Of a DNA stretch of 34,560 nt, positions 8,983 through 17,643 are shown in pieces. The stretch covers positions 1 to 34,560 of the IMG/VR virus record IMGVR_UViG_3300017698_000040; one strand, given 5' to 3'. The stretch is from a virus. The notes under the pieces were generated by a model, which saw only the letters and a list, made by a program, of their open reading frames with translations, did no database searches and had not been told where the DNA came from. Position 1 is the stretch's first letter. The number at the start of each line of letters is the position of its first letter. A program made the position numbers and the translations under genes.

Positions 8983-11004
8983 TCACGTCTTCACTTCGAG
9001 GCCGATGTTTAATAAATTAAACGGCATCGGCGTGTCTTGCGTTATTGTTACTTGAGCTTCAAGGCTCCAACCTAAAAGGTGAATCCTTTTTATTCCCGTT
9101 TGCGGGATAGGTGCGTCAAACTGATCTTGTCCAATTGTCCTATCTGCAAGCCTTTGGTTATTGATAATAACACCATTAGACTCAAATAGTTGAACAGAAA
9201 CACGAGCAATCTTTTTCTTACTGGATGCGTTTGGGCCGTTCTGCAGATTAATGTTTAATGGCAACGTCTTAACTGTTGGGAGAAATTCAAGTCCGGCTTC
9301 AATCGTGTCAGCCGTTCTTCCTATCGTTATTGCCCCAGAAGAAACAACCGCATCGGATTGAACAGCACCATCAGCCTTTACTTTTACTGTCTCACCTTCG
9401 AGATGATCAAGCCCCGTTAAGGTGTCAGATGCAAGCCCTGTTTTCCTGACCGCTGAATCAGTGTTAAGAAGGTTGTTTTCTTTCTCGATATAATAAACTG
9501 TGCTGCCGTTTATTGTTCTCTCAACCAGAATATTCAGCTCATTATCGACAACAGCAACGGACTTAATCAGCCCATCAGTTTCAACCCTTGTAAACCCTGC
9601 AACGTCTTCAGATGACAACGTGTTGAATACTGTCAGTTCGCCGTTTGCATTGAGGATATAAACATAGTTTGCGTCTGTTGATTCCGTTCCCCTACTAACA
9701 CTCATTTTAATAGGGTCATTAATCAAATGTGGAGATAGAAATGAAATGCTTCTTGATTGATTTGCCTGAAACTCGTTGATGAATACAAATTGGACAACTG
9801 CCTTTCCTGTTCTCTGGACAAAAAGACTTACACCTTCAAGAGTTACAGGTCTGACACGCTTTGTTCCTAAGTTGCTTTGAGGTGACACAGCTACGTTTTC
9901 TGGAGTTATCGGGGATTCAGGGATGAAGAATTCACCGCCAGAAGTAAATATCTGTAGTGTCCTATTTGAAAACACCGCCTCAATTGCGTTTACCTGATCA
10001 GTGTCAAGGGTTGCCTCTATCGACTCATCAGCAAAAGCTTTTCTATTTTTGAAGTTGAAGAAATCACCGGCCCTTGATCCCCATATTGTGGCAGGTCTTG
10101 TTTTAGAGCCGCCAAACCACAAGCGGCCCTCATGGAAAGTGCATGATACCGGCCACCCGCGTGTAGCAGACCATGTATCTTCATCTTTTCCAGTTCCAGC
10201 TTGCGTCTTTAACGTTGTCGCTTTAAAAGAAACGCTAGATGTTATGATAGGTGTGACACTAAGATCGTCCCAATCGTTGGCAGAATCACCACTGAATGTC
10301 ACAGTAATAACTCCTGCCGCCCTTACTGAAGATATACCTGTTGTGCCAGTGTTGATAAGGTCTTGGAGTGCTGCTGAAATGTCGCTTGCAACATCATTGC
10401 CCCAGACAACTTCTTCAGTGAGAAGCCCCTCAAGGGAAAGCTTAAACCTATCACCGTCTTGAAAATTTGTGAAAGTGAGTTGCTGGATCTCATCCGTTGG
10501 AACAGGACTAGAACCATCGTCAAAATTAAACTGGGGGATATTCGTTAACCCTAAAACATTAATCGACCAGTCGGTGTCGCTTGTTCTTGTTATCCTTTGT
10601 GGTTCAACATCTGGGTGCGTAATAATGACAGTATCAGCAGACTGAATATAATCAAAATCAGCAATCTGTGACAGTGTGTATGGTGTCACAAGATAATCGT
10701 TTCCAGACCCGTTTATATTTGTCTGGAGGATTCCCTCTTTGTAAATCTGCATTCTCAGCGGGGTGAACACAACGAGATAGTTTTGTTCAACGTTAAACGA
10801 AAAGTTCTCCAGCCTTCCGGTGTCAAGCGCTTCTCCCAGAAACTCAAAACCAGGCCTCTTCTTCACTCCACCTTGCGGGATTGAAAGAACGTTTGTAGCC
10901 TCTGCTAGTCCACTGTAATATGCTTGAAGATCGATCCTGCCAACAAGTAGCGGGTCAAGCTCTCCCCTGTTCATACTGCTCTGGAATGTCCAAAGATCGG
11001 CCAT
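8983..11004 (-). CDS. Tail tubular protein B / nozzle (T7 gp12-like, 673 aa)
   Basis: The N-terminus MADLWTFQSSMNRGELDPLLVGRIDLQAYYSGL..GGVKKRPGFEF follows the conserved gp12-family opening. It is TAATG-coupled to the gp11-like gene. Confidence 0.8.
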   Translation of the reverse strand: MADLWTFQSSMNRGELDPLLVGRIDLQAYYSGLAEATNVLSIPQGGVKKRPGFEFLGEALDTGRLENFSFNVEQNYLVVFTPLRMQIYKEGILQTNINGSGNDYLVTPYTLSQIADFDYIQSADTVIITHPDVEPQRITRTSDTDWSINVLGLTNIPQFNFDDGSSPVPTDEIQQLTFTNFQDGDRFKLSLEGLLTEEVVWGNDVASDISAALQDLINTGTTGISSVRAAGVITVTFSGDSANDWDDLSVTPIITSSVSFKATTLKTQAGTGKDEDTWSATRGWPVSCTFHEGRLWFGGSKTRPATIWGSRAGDFFNFKNRKAFADESIEATLDTDQVNAIEAVFSNRTLQIFTSGGEFFIPESPITPENVAVSPQSNLGTKRVRPVTLEGVSLFVQRTGKAVVQFVFINEFQANQSRSISFLSPHLINDPIKMSVSRGTESTDANYVYILNANGELTVFNTLSSEDVAGFTRVETDGLIKSVAVVDNELNILVERTINGSTVYYIEKENNLLNTDSAVRKTGLASDTLTGLDHLEGETVKVKADGAVQSDAVVSSGAITIGRTADTIEAGLEFLPTVKTLPLNINLQNGPNASSKKKIARVSVQLFESNGVIINNQRLADRTIGQDQFDAPIPQTGIKRIHLLGWSLEAQVTITQDTPMPFNLLNIGLEVKT

Positions 11005-11582
11005 TAGTCAATAAACCCTCTCCCCGACAAACGGACATCTATGAACGGGCTGTCAACCATTGGCTGTTGCGGTCTACCTTGGGAATCAATAGCTTTTGCC
11101 CTCTGAAGCATATCCCTGTACTTTTCTTCGTAGAAAGTTGCCTTTGTCTGGCTCTCCGTAACCAGCATTGCAAAATCAGAAGCGAGACGGTATTCAATCG
11201 TCTTTGTTACGTGTGGTGGTAGGCTTGTTTCATCGACTTGATAAACATATCGAGCAAGCAGTTCATTTTGATTTGAATAGAGAAGGTCACCAACAATAAT
11301 ATAGTTAGAATGCGGCATGATAGCCCATAGTCTAATAAGATCTGGCGGGACTTGAAACGCATATTTGAAATTTGTTAAATCTGCTGGTTGCTGTGAAAGC
11401 CTGCTCAACATTTGTTCTTTGAATGCAAAGCTCCAAGGGTGCTCACTCATCACTTGACGATAGGTTTCAGGGTATAGGTTTGCTGCTGCCTGTGCCCCTG
11501 CTCCTGGATCTGAAAATGACGAGATAGGATCATCACCAATCAGGATTAATGCGTTGCTTGCAATGTCTATTGATGTTGGCAT
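11004..11582 (-). CDS. Tail tubular protein A / adaptor (T7 gp11-like, 192 aa)
   Basis: IASNALILIGDDPISSFSD....AANLYPETYRQVMSEHPWSFA parallels T7 gp11 (VNDILASIGEPPVSTLEGD...RQIQSRGWTFN). Size and position also match. Confidence 0.8.
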   Translation of the reverse strand: MPTSIDIASNALILIGDDPISSFSDPGAGAQAAANLYPETYRQVMSEHPWSFAFKEQMLSRLSQQPADLTNFKYAFQVPPDLIRLWAIMPHSNYIIVGDLLYSNQNELLARYVYQVDETSLPPHVTKTIEYRLASDFAMLVTESQTKATFYEEKYRDMLQRAKAIDSQGRPQQPMVDSPFIDVRLSGRGFID

Positions 11583-11591
11583 AACTTCCCC

Positions 11592-12368
11592 CTACTCAAA
11601 TACTATGTGACCTTCCACGACCACCCCAAGGTGTATCAACCCTGTCAAATTGTCCTGGACTAACATTTCTAAGTTCTCATTCGGTGCGATTCGTAAAGCA
11701 ACGCCGATCTTATTTTGTCCGGCAAACGTTAATCTCGCATGAAATCCATCAACGGCTTGTGCTGGGTTGCTAGCCACTGTCGGGTCGTAGTCATAGCATA
11801 TCCCTTTTATTTCTCCGTTAGTTTTCACATTAAAAATATTGTTTATTGTACCGTCCGTACGCCTAAATGCTAAGCCCCTTGTTAATGCTGGGAGATTGCC
11901 AAACTTATTTAAATCAACCGCGCTATTAGTCTCACAGTTGAATATTATTCGAGTTATATCGACGGTCAAATTCAGAGCAGGGTCATCTATCCTGAGTTGA
12001 TAAATAGCCGGTGTTCCACTACCGTCAACGTTCATATTGTCATTCCCTACACTGACCTGAACCCCAGCTGGAAATGAAAAATCAAGCTGAGAGTCAAGCG
12101 TTATAGTGTTGACTGCGATGGCCAACACCTTGCCAGAATAGAACCTATTATTTATTGAGTCTAAAATTCTAAGGTACTGACCGACAACAAAACCAGCGGA
12201 AGACACAACATTAATAGTATATGTCTCTGCTGTTGCTGGAATACTCAATGTTGTTGACGCAACCTTTAGAACGAGTGGGATAATAATAACAGGGGTTGTC
12301 TGATCCTGAATATTTACAGGAACACCACCGTTTGACTCTATTATCGCTCCCCTCTGGTTCCTTATCAC
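11592..12368 (-). CDS. Virion-module protein of unknown role (258 aa, beta-rich)
   Basis: ORF track. A GTG start overlaps the upstream stop (GTGA), and an AGAGG SD lies 7 nt upstream. It sits between the capsid and adaptor genes. Confidence 0.7.
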   Translation of the reverse strand: MIRNQRGAIIESNGGVPVNIQDQTTPVIIIPLVLKVASTTLSIPATAETYTINVVSSAGFVVGQYLRILDSINNRFYSGKVLAIAVNTITLDSQLDFSFPAGVQVSVGNDNMNVDGSGTPAIYQLRIDDPALNLTVDITRIIFNCETNSAVDLNKFGNLPALTRGLAFRRTDGTINNIFNVKTNGEIKGICYDYDPTVASNPAQAVDGFHARLTFAGQNKIGVALRIAPNENLEMLVQDNLTGLIHLGVVVEGHIVFE

Positions 12369-12667
12369 TGATTAACCTCTGTTTCCCATATGTTGACGCT
12401 AACTGGTGAGACGGTTGAACTCTTCAGGCACCTGAACTTACCAGGGCCAACGATAGTTATAAAAGAATGTTTGTTTGTTATTTCCTGCAAGACGCCGTTA
12501 AGATATAGCGACTGCCATTCTGTGCCGTCATGAGTGTATTGAATCTGGACACCCTCGTCATCTTCGAGAGCACCAGCAGTTATGGTGACAGTTCCAACGG
12601 GTTGAAATGGAAGACTAAAAGCAAGTAGGGTTGTTGCTGCAATGATTTCTACATTTTTAGTGCTCAT
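12365..12667 (-). CDS. Virion-module protein of unknown role (100 aa)
   Basis: ORF track. I prefer the ATG at 12665-12667, 6 nt after an AAGGTGG SD. It is the first gene after the post-capsid terminator. Confidence 0.65.
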   Translation of the reverse strand: MSTKNVEIIAATTLLAFSLPFQPVGTVTITAGALEDDEGVQIQYTHDGTEWQSLYLNGVLQEITNKHSFITIVGPGKFRCLKSSTVSPVSVNIWETEVNQ

Positions 12668-12688
12668 CAACAGCCACCTTTAAGGAAA

Positions 12689-12712
12689 GGGGCAACCCGT
12701 TAAGGTTGCCCC
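12689..12712 (-). terminator. Rho-independent terminator/attenuator after the capsid plus 89-aa genes
   Basis: GGGGCAACC / GGTTGCCCC forms a 9-bp GC-rich stem with a 6-nt loop. On the minus strand it is followed by TTTCCTT. The placement is analogous to the terminator after T7 gene 10. Confidence 0.75.
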
Positions 12713-12718
12713 AATTAA

Positions 12719-12988
12719 TCAAGCAAGTACGAGTGAAGATGAAAGAGTTGTCACAACACCGGCTGCGCTGATGGCATCAACGAAAACAACAAAGAAAACT
12801 TCTGTCCCACCTGTCACGCCAACAACCCAAATCAGATCGCCAACATTGAGTTGGTTTGCTTGGCTGTTGAAGTAACCAGATGCGACAACCGTTGCCTTTG
12901 TATCTGCTGTTTTATAGGTATAATGACGTGGCGCGTCACTATTAGCCATGGACGAATTCGGTAAAAAATTTGCTGCTGCAAAAGCCAT
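12719..12988 (-). CDS. Small capsid-adjacent protein (89 aa), possible decoration/cement protein
   Basis: A strong AAGGAGG SD is present. The gene lies immediately after the major capsid gene and before the terminator. The GYF...L.VGDLIWV pattern recurs in small proteins next to capsid genes (from memory only). Confidence 0.7.
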   Translation of the reverse strand: MAFAAANFLPNSSMANSDAPRHYTYKTADTKATVVASGYFNSQANQLNVGDLIWVVGVTGGTEVFFVVFVDAISAAGVVTTLSSSLVLA

Positions 12989-13014
12989 AATTGAACCTCC
13001 TTAAGTTCGTTTGA

Positions 13015-13878
13015 TTAAGCGGTTTCGTCGTACTGGAGCTTGACGATTCCCTGTGGTTCACGAGCAACAGCGCCAGCTTTGAACATGCCATTGGCAAGCC
13101 ATGAAGTTTTCTGAGCAACCCAATCAATAGTTGTCTTCATGTCGATACCGATAGCAAGTCCGATTGCTGGCTTGTGCCATGCAAAAGCGATCTCATCAGT
13201 TGTTACGCCAGGGAGACCACCCTCCGCACGAGTTCCGATAACATGAAATTTGAAACCCATGTAGGAATCAAGATCGCCACTAACCAATGCCTTAACAGTG
13301 TTATAGTCAGTACTGGTAACAGTAGTGTCCTCAAGCAGCTTTTGCAGCGCCTGAGACTTCAGGGCGATGTGCTGCTCGTTAGGGTCGGCCTCAATATCCT
13401 GAAAGTGTTCACGTGCAGAACGGAGAAGGGAAAGGCCAAAGTTGGCAGTTGCGGAAACGTCAAATACGCGGCCAGTATCTGGATTCTGGTCATTGGTTGC
13501 GGCAAATGTAACCGCTGCCATTGCGTCAATGATCAACTGATCTTCGCGGCGTTGCAGTGCCTCGGCAATGGTCTTCGCTAGCTCCTGCTTTTCGTCAAAG
13601 TTGACTTCGGCCTGATCAAAGATATCAGTGTATTCAGGCGCGTTCCAGTTCTCAAGGGTCGCGGTTTGACGTGCGTGGCTGATATCCATAGGGGTCACAT
13701 CGGCCTGTGTTGCTTTCTGGTTAGCAAGACCCTTGCCCATGCGAGTAAATTTGTAGGCTTCTCCGACTACACTATTACGGACTGTAACGGTATTGCGAAG
13801 TTTGCCCATACCTTGATACTGATGCTTGACTTCATTATCAAACTCAGTGACTGCGGCTGCGGTTAGAAACTTAGACAT
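13015..13878 (-). CDS. Major capsid protein (HK97-fold type, 287 aa)
   Basis: It follows the scaffold gene, has an AAGGAGG SD and precedes a terminator. The N-terminal pattern F.NEVKHQYQ..GKLRNTV.VRN..G..YKF...G is typical of podovirus capsid proteins. Confidence 0.85.
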   Translation of the reverse strand: MSKFLTAAAVTEFDNEVKHQYQGMGKLRNTVTVRNSVVGEAYKFTRMGKGLANQKATQADVTPMDISHARQTATLENWNAPEYTDIFDQAEVNFDEKQELAKTIAEALQRREDQLIIDAMAAVTFAATNDQNPDTGRVFDVSATANFGLSLLRSAREHFQDIEADPNEQHIALKSQALQKLLEDTTVTSTDYNTVKALVSGDLDSYMGFKFHVIGTRAEGGLPGVTTDEIAFAWHKPAIGLAIGIDMKTTIDWVAQKTSWLANGMFKAGAVAREPQGIVKLQYDETA

Positions 13879-13884
13879 GAAATG

Positions 13885-14004
13885 CCTCCTTCTTGTGGTT
13901 TACGATCAATTTCTTTTTCGTAACGTGATCGAGTGACCTGGAATCAGGGGCGATCTTGTTACATCTCAGTAACAACCCATAATTCAGGCCTCACAAGAAG
14001 GAGG
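13885..14004 (-). promoter_or_regulatory. Structured capsid-gene leader: a 13-bp perfect inverted repeat pairs the SD with an upstream anti-SD
   Basis: cctccttcttgtg (13885..13897) is the exact reverse complement of cacaagaaggagg (13992..14004), with 94 nt between the arms. The arm nearest the gene contains the capsid-gene SD AAGGAGG. An inner hairpin TTGTTAC/GTAACAA lies at 13956..13975. Confidence 0.6.
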
Positions 14005-14050
14005 GTATCTGAAAGGTGTTATTTAACTTTAATTCAATTGTCCAATAATG

Positions 14051-14863
14051 TCAATTACCGATGATATTACGATACTCTTCTGAACCCCATACCTGCTCTT
14101 TCAGCTTATTGAACTTTGCTCTGAAAGCTGGATCTGTCTGGAGCCTACGATTTCCATATTCATCTTTTTCAAATTGCATCTTTTGCACTTCTTCAGCGGT
14201 AATGCCAGATTGAGCCTTGACCGATTCCGGAGATATCGGAGCATTGCGGCTCATTGAAATAAGTTTCTCCATAGCCCTGACCGCATTCGCTGATGTTGCC
14301 ATTTCCTGAAAACCATCGAACAGATCAGCAGGAAGATTCGCTTTCCCCCAATTAGTCAGGTTGTCAATCCTCGCCTGTGCATTATCACCAAGAGATGCAA
14401 TCTCCGCCTGCTTATGCAGTTCTAGTGCTTCCCCTTCAGCAACCTTTGATGTTGCATAGAGATTCATCATCTTATCAAATCCCTCTTGACTCATGTTTGA
14501 ATCTTTGGCAAAGCTAAGCGCTTCTTCGTAAAGAGGGTCATCAGTTCCGATCTCGATACCTCTTTCTGTCAACTCTTCAGACAGATTTACTGCGTATTCT
14601 TCTGGCGAACCAGTGAATGAGCCAAATCTACTTTCAAGCTCCTTGTATGCCTTGGCTTGATCTACAACGGTTCCATACTTGTCACCCTTAAACCATTCTG
14701 GTGTTTCACCTTCGCCGTTGACGCCTTCTGCAAGCATCCAGCCTTGATTTTCTTCTCCACCTTGCCCACCGCCTTCAGTCAGGGCAGCTGCAACGGCTGC
14801 CGCGTCATCTGAATTTTCTGCACCTGTTTGGGTAGCCCCTTGGCTAGTATCCACTTCAGACAT
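14051..14863 (-). CDS. Scaffolding (capsid assembly) protein (270 aa)
   Basis: An acidic, helical protein located between the portal and capsid genes. It is TAATG-coupled to the upstream gene. Confidence 0.75.
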   Translation of the reverse strand: MSEVDTSQGATQTGAENSDDAAAVAAALTEGGGQGGEENQGWMLAEGVNGEGETPEWFKGDKYGTVVDQAKAYKELESRFGSFTGSPEEYAVNLSEELTERGIEIGTDDPLYEEALSFAKDSNMSQEGFDKMMNLYATSKVAEGEALELHKQAEIASLGDNAQARIDNLTNWGKANLPADLFDGFQEMATSANAVRAMEKLISMSRNAPISPESVKAQSGITAEEVQKMQFEKDEYGNRRLQTDPAFRAKFNKLKEQVWGSEEYRNIIGN

Positions 14864-15156
14864 TATTCACTCTCCACTCTCTTAATTGTGAGGATAATTC
14901 CTCTGATAAAACGTTTCATTCCTTCGTTGATCCCAATCGTAACCAAGTCAGCGCCTTCATCCGCAGTTGATGACATAATTAAGGACTCTTTCCATATTTC
15001 AAGAAGCTCACGCCCTGATTCAGTTTGTGCAAAGGCCTTATGGATAAGATAGTCAATCTTTTGTCCTTTTGCCTCTGCGTCTTTCTGGAATTTTACAGCT
15101 TCATCCATGCTGATTGGGTTGAGGTCGTCATAAAAGTTGCGGTCATCATTCCTCAA
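14863..15156 (-). CDS. Hypothetical protein between portal and scaffold (~97 aa)
   Basis: ORF track (14863..15162). The GTG at 15162 abuts the AAGGAGG SD, whereas the TTG at 15154-15156 is 5 nt downstream of it. The start is therefore uncertain. Confidence 0.6.
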   Translation of the reverse strand: MRNDDRNFYDDLNPISMDEAVKFQKDAEAKGQKIDYLIHKAFAQTESGRELLEIWKESLIMSSTADEGADLVTIGINEGMKRFIRGIILTIKRVESE

Positions 15157-16687
15157 GTCCACCTCCTTGTTCTAATTGTTGTTGAGCTGCTGCTTGGACT
15201 TGGTCTGCTAGCATCTTTCTTTCTTCATCAGTCCTGACGAGATCAGCAGGGACACCAAGTTTTTGTTGCCAGAAGCGAGGTAAGTCTTCAATTTTAACAG
15301 AACCTGCAACGACCTCCTCTGGTAATTGTGTGATATTGCTAAACCATAACTGGCTATTCTGGAAATCCTCAAGGTCTTCAGCTTTCGCCAATGGGGAGGT
15401 TTGTTTTATTGTTACTTCTTTTCCATCAACCTTAATCTGTGGAATCTTCCCAAGGCTTTGAAGGATGTCAACCACGGCAGCAACTAAAGGCTCAACCAGC
15501 TCAGTTTTTAAGCGGCCAATCGATGCACCGGCATTTTTCAACATCTCCTGTTGCCTGATCATGACCTCTGTTGCGCTTCTTACCGGGTCTGTTACCTCTC
15601 CAAGTGGATCGACAAATAAAGCCTTTCGTATTCCTGCTTGCAGATCTTCAAGAACAAAGTTGCCAAGACCCAAATCACCAGATCGATTAAGTGGTGAAAG
15701 TGTTGGATTTTGGTTGTTGTTGCTCTTGACTGGAATAATAGAGCCTGGAGCAATTCTAACCGTATGGGGATTGAATACGCCATCATCAACACCGGTATAG
15801 ACGCCAGCCATTTGTAGGGCTGCATTCTCAAGAATGAATTGCTTGACCTTGTTGACAGTACGGATATCGGGTAGCATCTGGATAATTGGCCCACGTCCGA
15901 ACACCTCGCCCGATACAACATGCCAACGGAATACAATCAGACGCTTTGAATTAAACGACTGCTCAAAGATTGAAGATTTTGACGGTTCATGAATAACAAC
16001 TTGCCAGTACTTACCGTCTTCAGGGTTAAACAGCATCCCATTCAGGATGTCAACTTTTCTATTCGGCTGTTTCTCAACCATGTTCTGAAGCTGTTGCGGT
16101 AGTTTTGCCCCTGGCCAAACCCTAGTCAAGTGCCGTGCTGCTACCTCCTGCTTTCTCCATGTTGATTCAATGGCCCCGCCAGGCGGGAGTTCAGGATAAA
16201 GTTCGGCAAGTGGAACGTTGGAGAAGTTAAGAACCTCACCTTTGTTGAACTCACCTTCTTCAATCTGGATCGCCCCAGTACCAACTCCAAGATCAGAAAA
16301 TGCCGGGGATATTTCTGTTGAAAAATTTGAGTGGTTGAGATGTGAAAAAAAGGTGTCAGTTGTTTCCTCCAACAGCTCATCAGACCTGTCCTTATCTTCA
16401 TCAGGAACTTCATCGCCAGCCTTTAGATTCATCCACTGTTGCCAGCTTGGGACAATTGACCCCTGAATCCTAGATGCGAATTGTTCAAGCCCAAGGATTG
16501 CCGTTGAATCGAAGACATGTCGATTCTTTCTCTGCCCCGGTGAACGCAATCTGAAAGTTTCGCGTTGTGGGTTTGAGAAGTCAAACGCTTCCTGATGTAA
16601 AGATCTGAACAGCTCCCACCGGTCACGCGCTTCTGAGAATCGCTTGATCAAGTCAGAGACTGATCCTAGCCCTTTTGGGATTGCCAT
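15146..16687 (-). CDS. Portal (head-tail connector) protein, podovirus T7 gp8-like (513 aa)
   Basis: Size, position upstream of scaffold and capsid, and the N-terminal pattern RF.EARDRW..FRSLHQEAFDFSNPQRE are typical of the Head-tail_con family. Confidence 0.85.
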   Translation of the reverse strand: MAIPKGLGSVSDLIKRFSEARDRWELFRSLHQEAFDFSNPQRETFRLRSPGQRKNRHVFDSTAILGLEQFASRIQGSIVPSWQQWMNLKAGDEVPDEDKDRSDELLEETTDTFFSHLNHSNFSTEISPAFSDLGVGTGAIQIEEGEFNKGEVLNFSNVPLAELYPELPPGGAIESTWRKQEVAARHLTRVWPGAKLPQQLQNMVEKQPNRKVDILNGMLFNPEDGKYWQVVIHEPSKSSIFEQSFNSKRLIVFRWHVVSGEVFGRGPIIQMLPDIRTVNKVKQFILENAALQMAGVYTGVDDGVFNPHTVRIAPGSIIPVKSNNNQNPTLSPLNRSGDLGLGNFVLEDLQAGIRKALFVDPLGEVTDPVRSATEVMIRQQEMLKNAGASIGRLKTELVEPLVAAVVDILQSLGKIPQIKVDGKEVTIKQTSPLAKAEDLEDFQNSQLWFSNITQLPEEVVAGSVKIEDLPRFWQQKLGVPADLVRTDEERKMLADQVQAAAQQQLEQGGGLEE

Positions 16688-16688
16688 T

Positions 16689-16904
16689 TTAACCCCCTAG
16701 AGTCTTGGATAAATCTTGTTTAGTCGCCACAAGGAGTGAGCGCCCACCGCGACCGGCAGTTGTTGCCGCTTTCCGCCTTTCAATGTCACCCTCTTCCTCT
16801 GCAAGTTTCTGCTGCTCTAACTGCTTCTGTCTGGCAATCTGTGTGCGCTGATCTCTTGCTGTCTTTTTTGCTTCATCTGCACCGGGACTAAGTAGAGTAC
16901 CCAT
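16689..16904 (-). CDS. Small charged protein (72 aa), paralogue of the 114-aa gene
   Basis: I place the start at ATG 16902-16904, 5 nt after an AAAGGAG SD and 1 nt from the upstream TAA. It shares QKQ.E..KLAE....I.RR.A.....G..GRSLL.A with ORF 16906..17250. Confidence 0.7.
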   Translation of the reverse strand: MGTLLSPGADEAKKTARDQRTQIARQKQLEQQKLAEEEGDIERRKAATTAGRGGRSLLVATKQDLSKTLGG

Positions 16905-16905
16905 A

Positions 16906-17250
16906 TTAACTCCTTTTTGCAGTAAGCAAAGAGCGTCCAAGAAGTCCGCGACTTGACACCGCTTGTCTCCTTGCTATCTCGTCTTTTGCCTCTGCAAGCT
17001 TTTTATCTTCACTCTGTTTTTGCAGTGCGATTAAGTCTTCTTGCTCTTTTGCCAACAACTTCTGCTGCTTTATCAACACGGCAGGATCTTCAGGAATTAT
17101 CTTACCTGGGTCTGCTATTTTCCTCCCGATGTCGCTACCTGTTGTCTTCTCGATGATCTTCCCCCCAGGGTCAATCATTCCGCCGATGTCCTTTCCTCTA
17201 TCACTAGGATCAAGAACGGTCTTAAATCCAGACTTTAATTTATCTCCCAT
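16906..17250 (-). CDS. Small charged protein (114 aa), paralogue of the 72-aa gene
   Basis: ORF track, with an AAAGGGG SD. The C-terminus is QKQSEDKKLAEAKDEIARRQAVSSRGLLGRSLLTA. Confidence 0.7.
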   Translation of the reverse strand: MGDKLKSGFKTVLDPSDRGKDIGGMIDPGGKIIEKTTGSDIGRKIADPGKIIPEDPAVLIKQQKLLAKEQEDLIALQKQSEDKKLAEAKDEIARRQAVSSRGLLGRSLLTAKRS

Positions 17251-17251
17251 A

Positions 17252-17641
17252 TCAAACCCCTTTCAGCTTTTTAAATAACTGGTATGGCGTCCACGTCCAA
17301 AAACTTCTAATGCCAAGTAACGATTTTACCACCTCAACACAATTAAATACACAAAATGTCCACCTCTGTTTGTTTGTGTCTATAGTAACTTTCACCGGGA
17401 CTATAACAGCATCATCACAAGTGTATGAACGGGGGTGAGGGTAATCATCAACCAATACTGTCTCTATGCGAGTGTGGCTAAATAGCGGATTAATAATTGT
17501 CCAAAACTGACCACCTTCACTTTTTCGCATCACATAAACATGCTGAATTTCAGAGTCAAGAAACTTAAACAACCAATGTTTTGATTTTGACTTAGTAAAA
17601 ACAATAAAACACTTCACTTCCTCCTTATATCCACAATCCAT
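17252..17641 (-). CDS. LRAT / H-rev107-like (H-box/NC motif) permuted NlpC/P60 papain-fold protein (~129 aa)
   Basis: KHWLFKFLDSEIQHVYV places two His residues 12 apart, as in H-rev107 (RHWAIYVGDGYVVHL). FNCVEVVKSLLG parallels NCEHFVNELRYG about 67 residues later. There is no signal peptide. The start is either ATG 17639-17641 or TTG 17647. Confidence 0.45.
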   Translation of the reverse strand: MDCGYKEEVKCFIVFTKSKSKHWLFKFLDSEIQHVYVMRKSEGGQFWTIINPLFSHTRIETVLVDDYPHPRSYTCDDAVIVPVKVTIDTNKQRWTFCVFNCVEVVKSLLGIRSFWTWTPYQLFKKLKGV

Positions 17642-17643
17642 CT

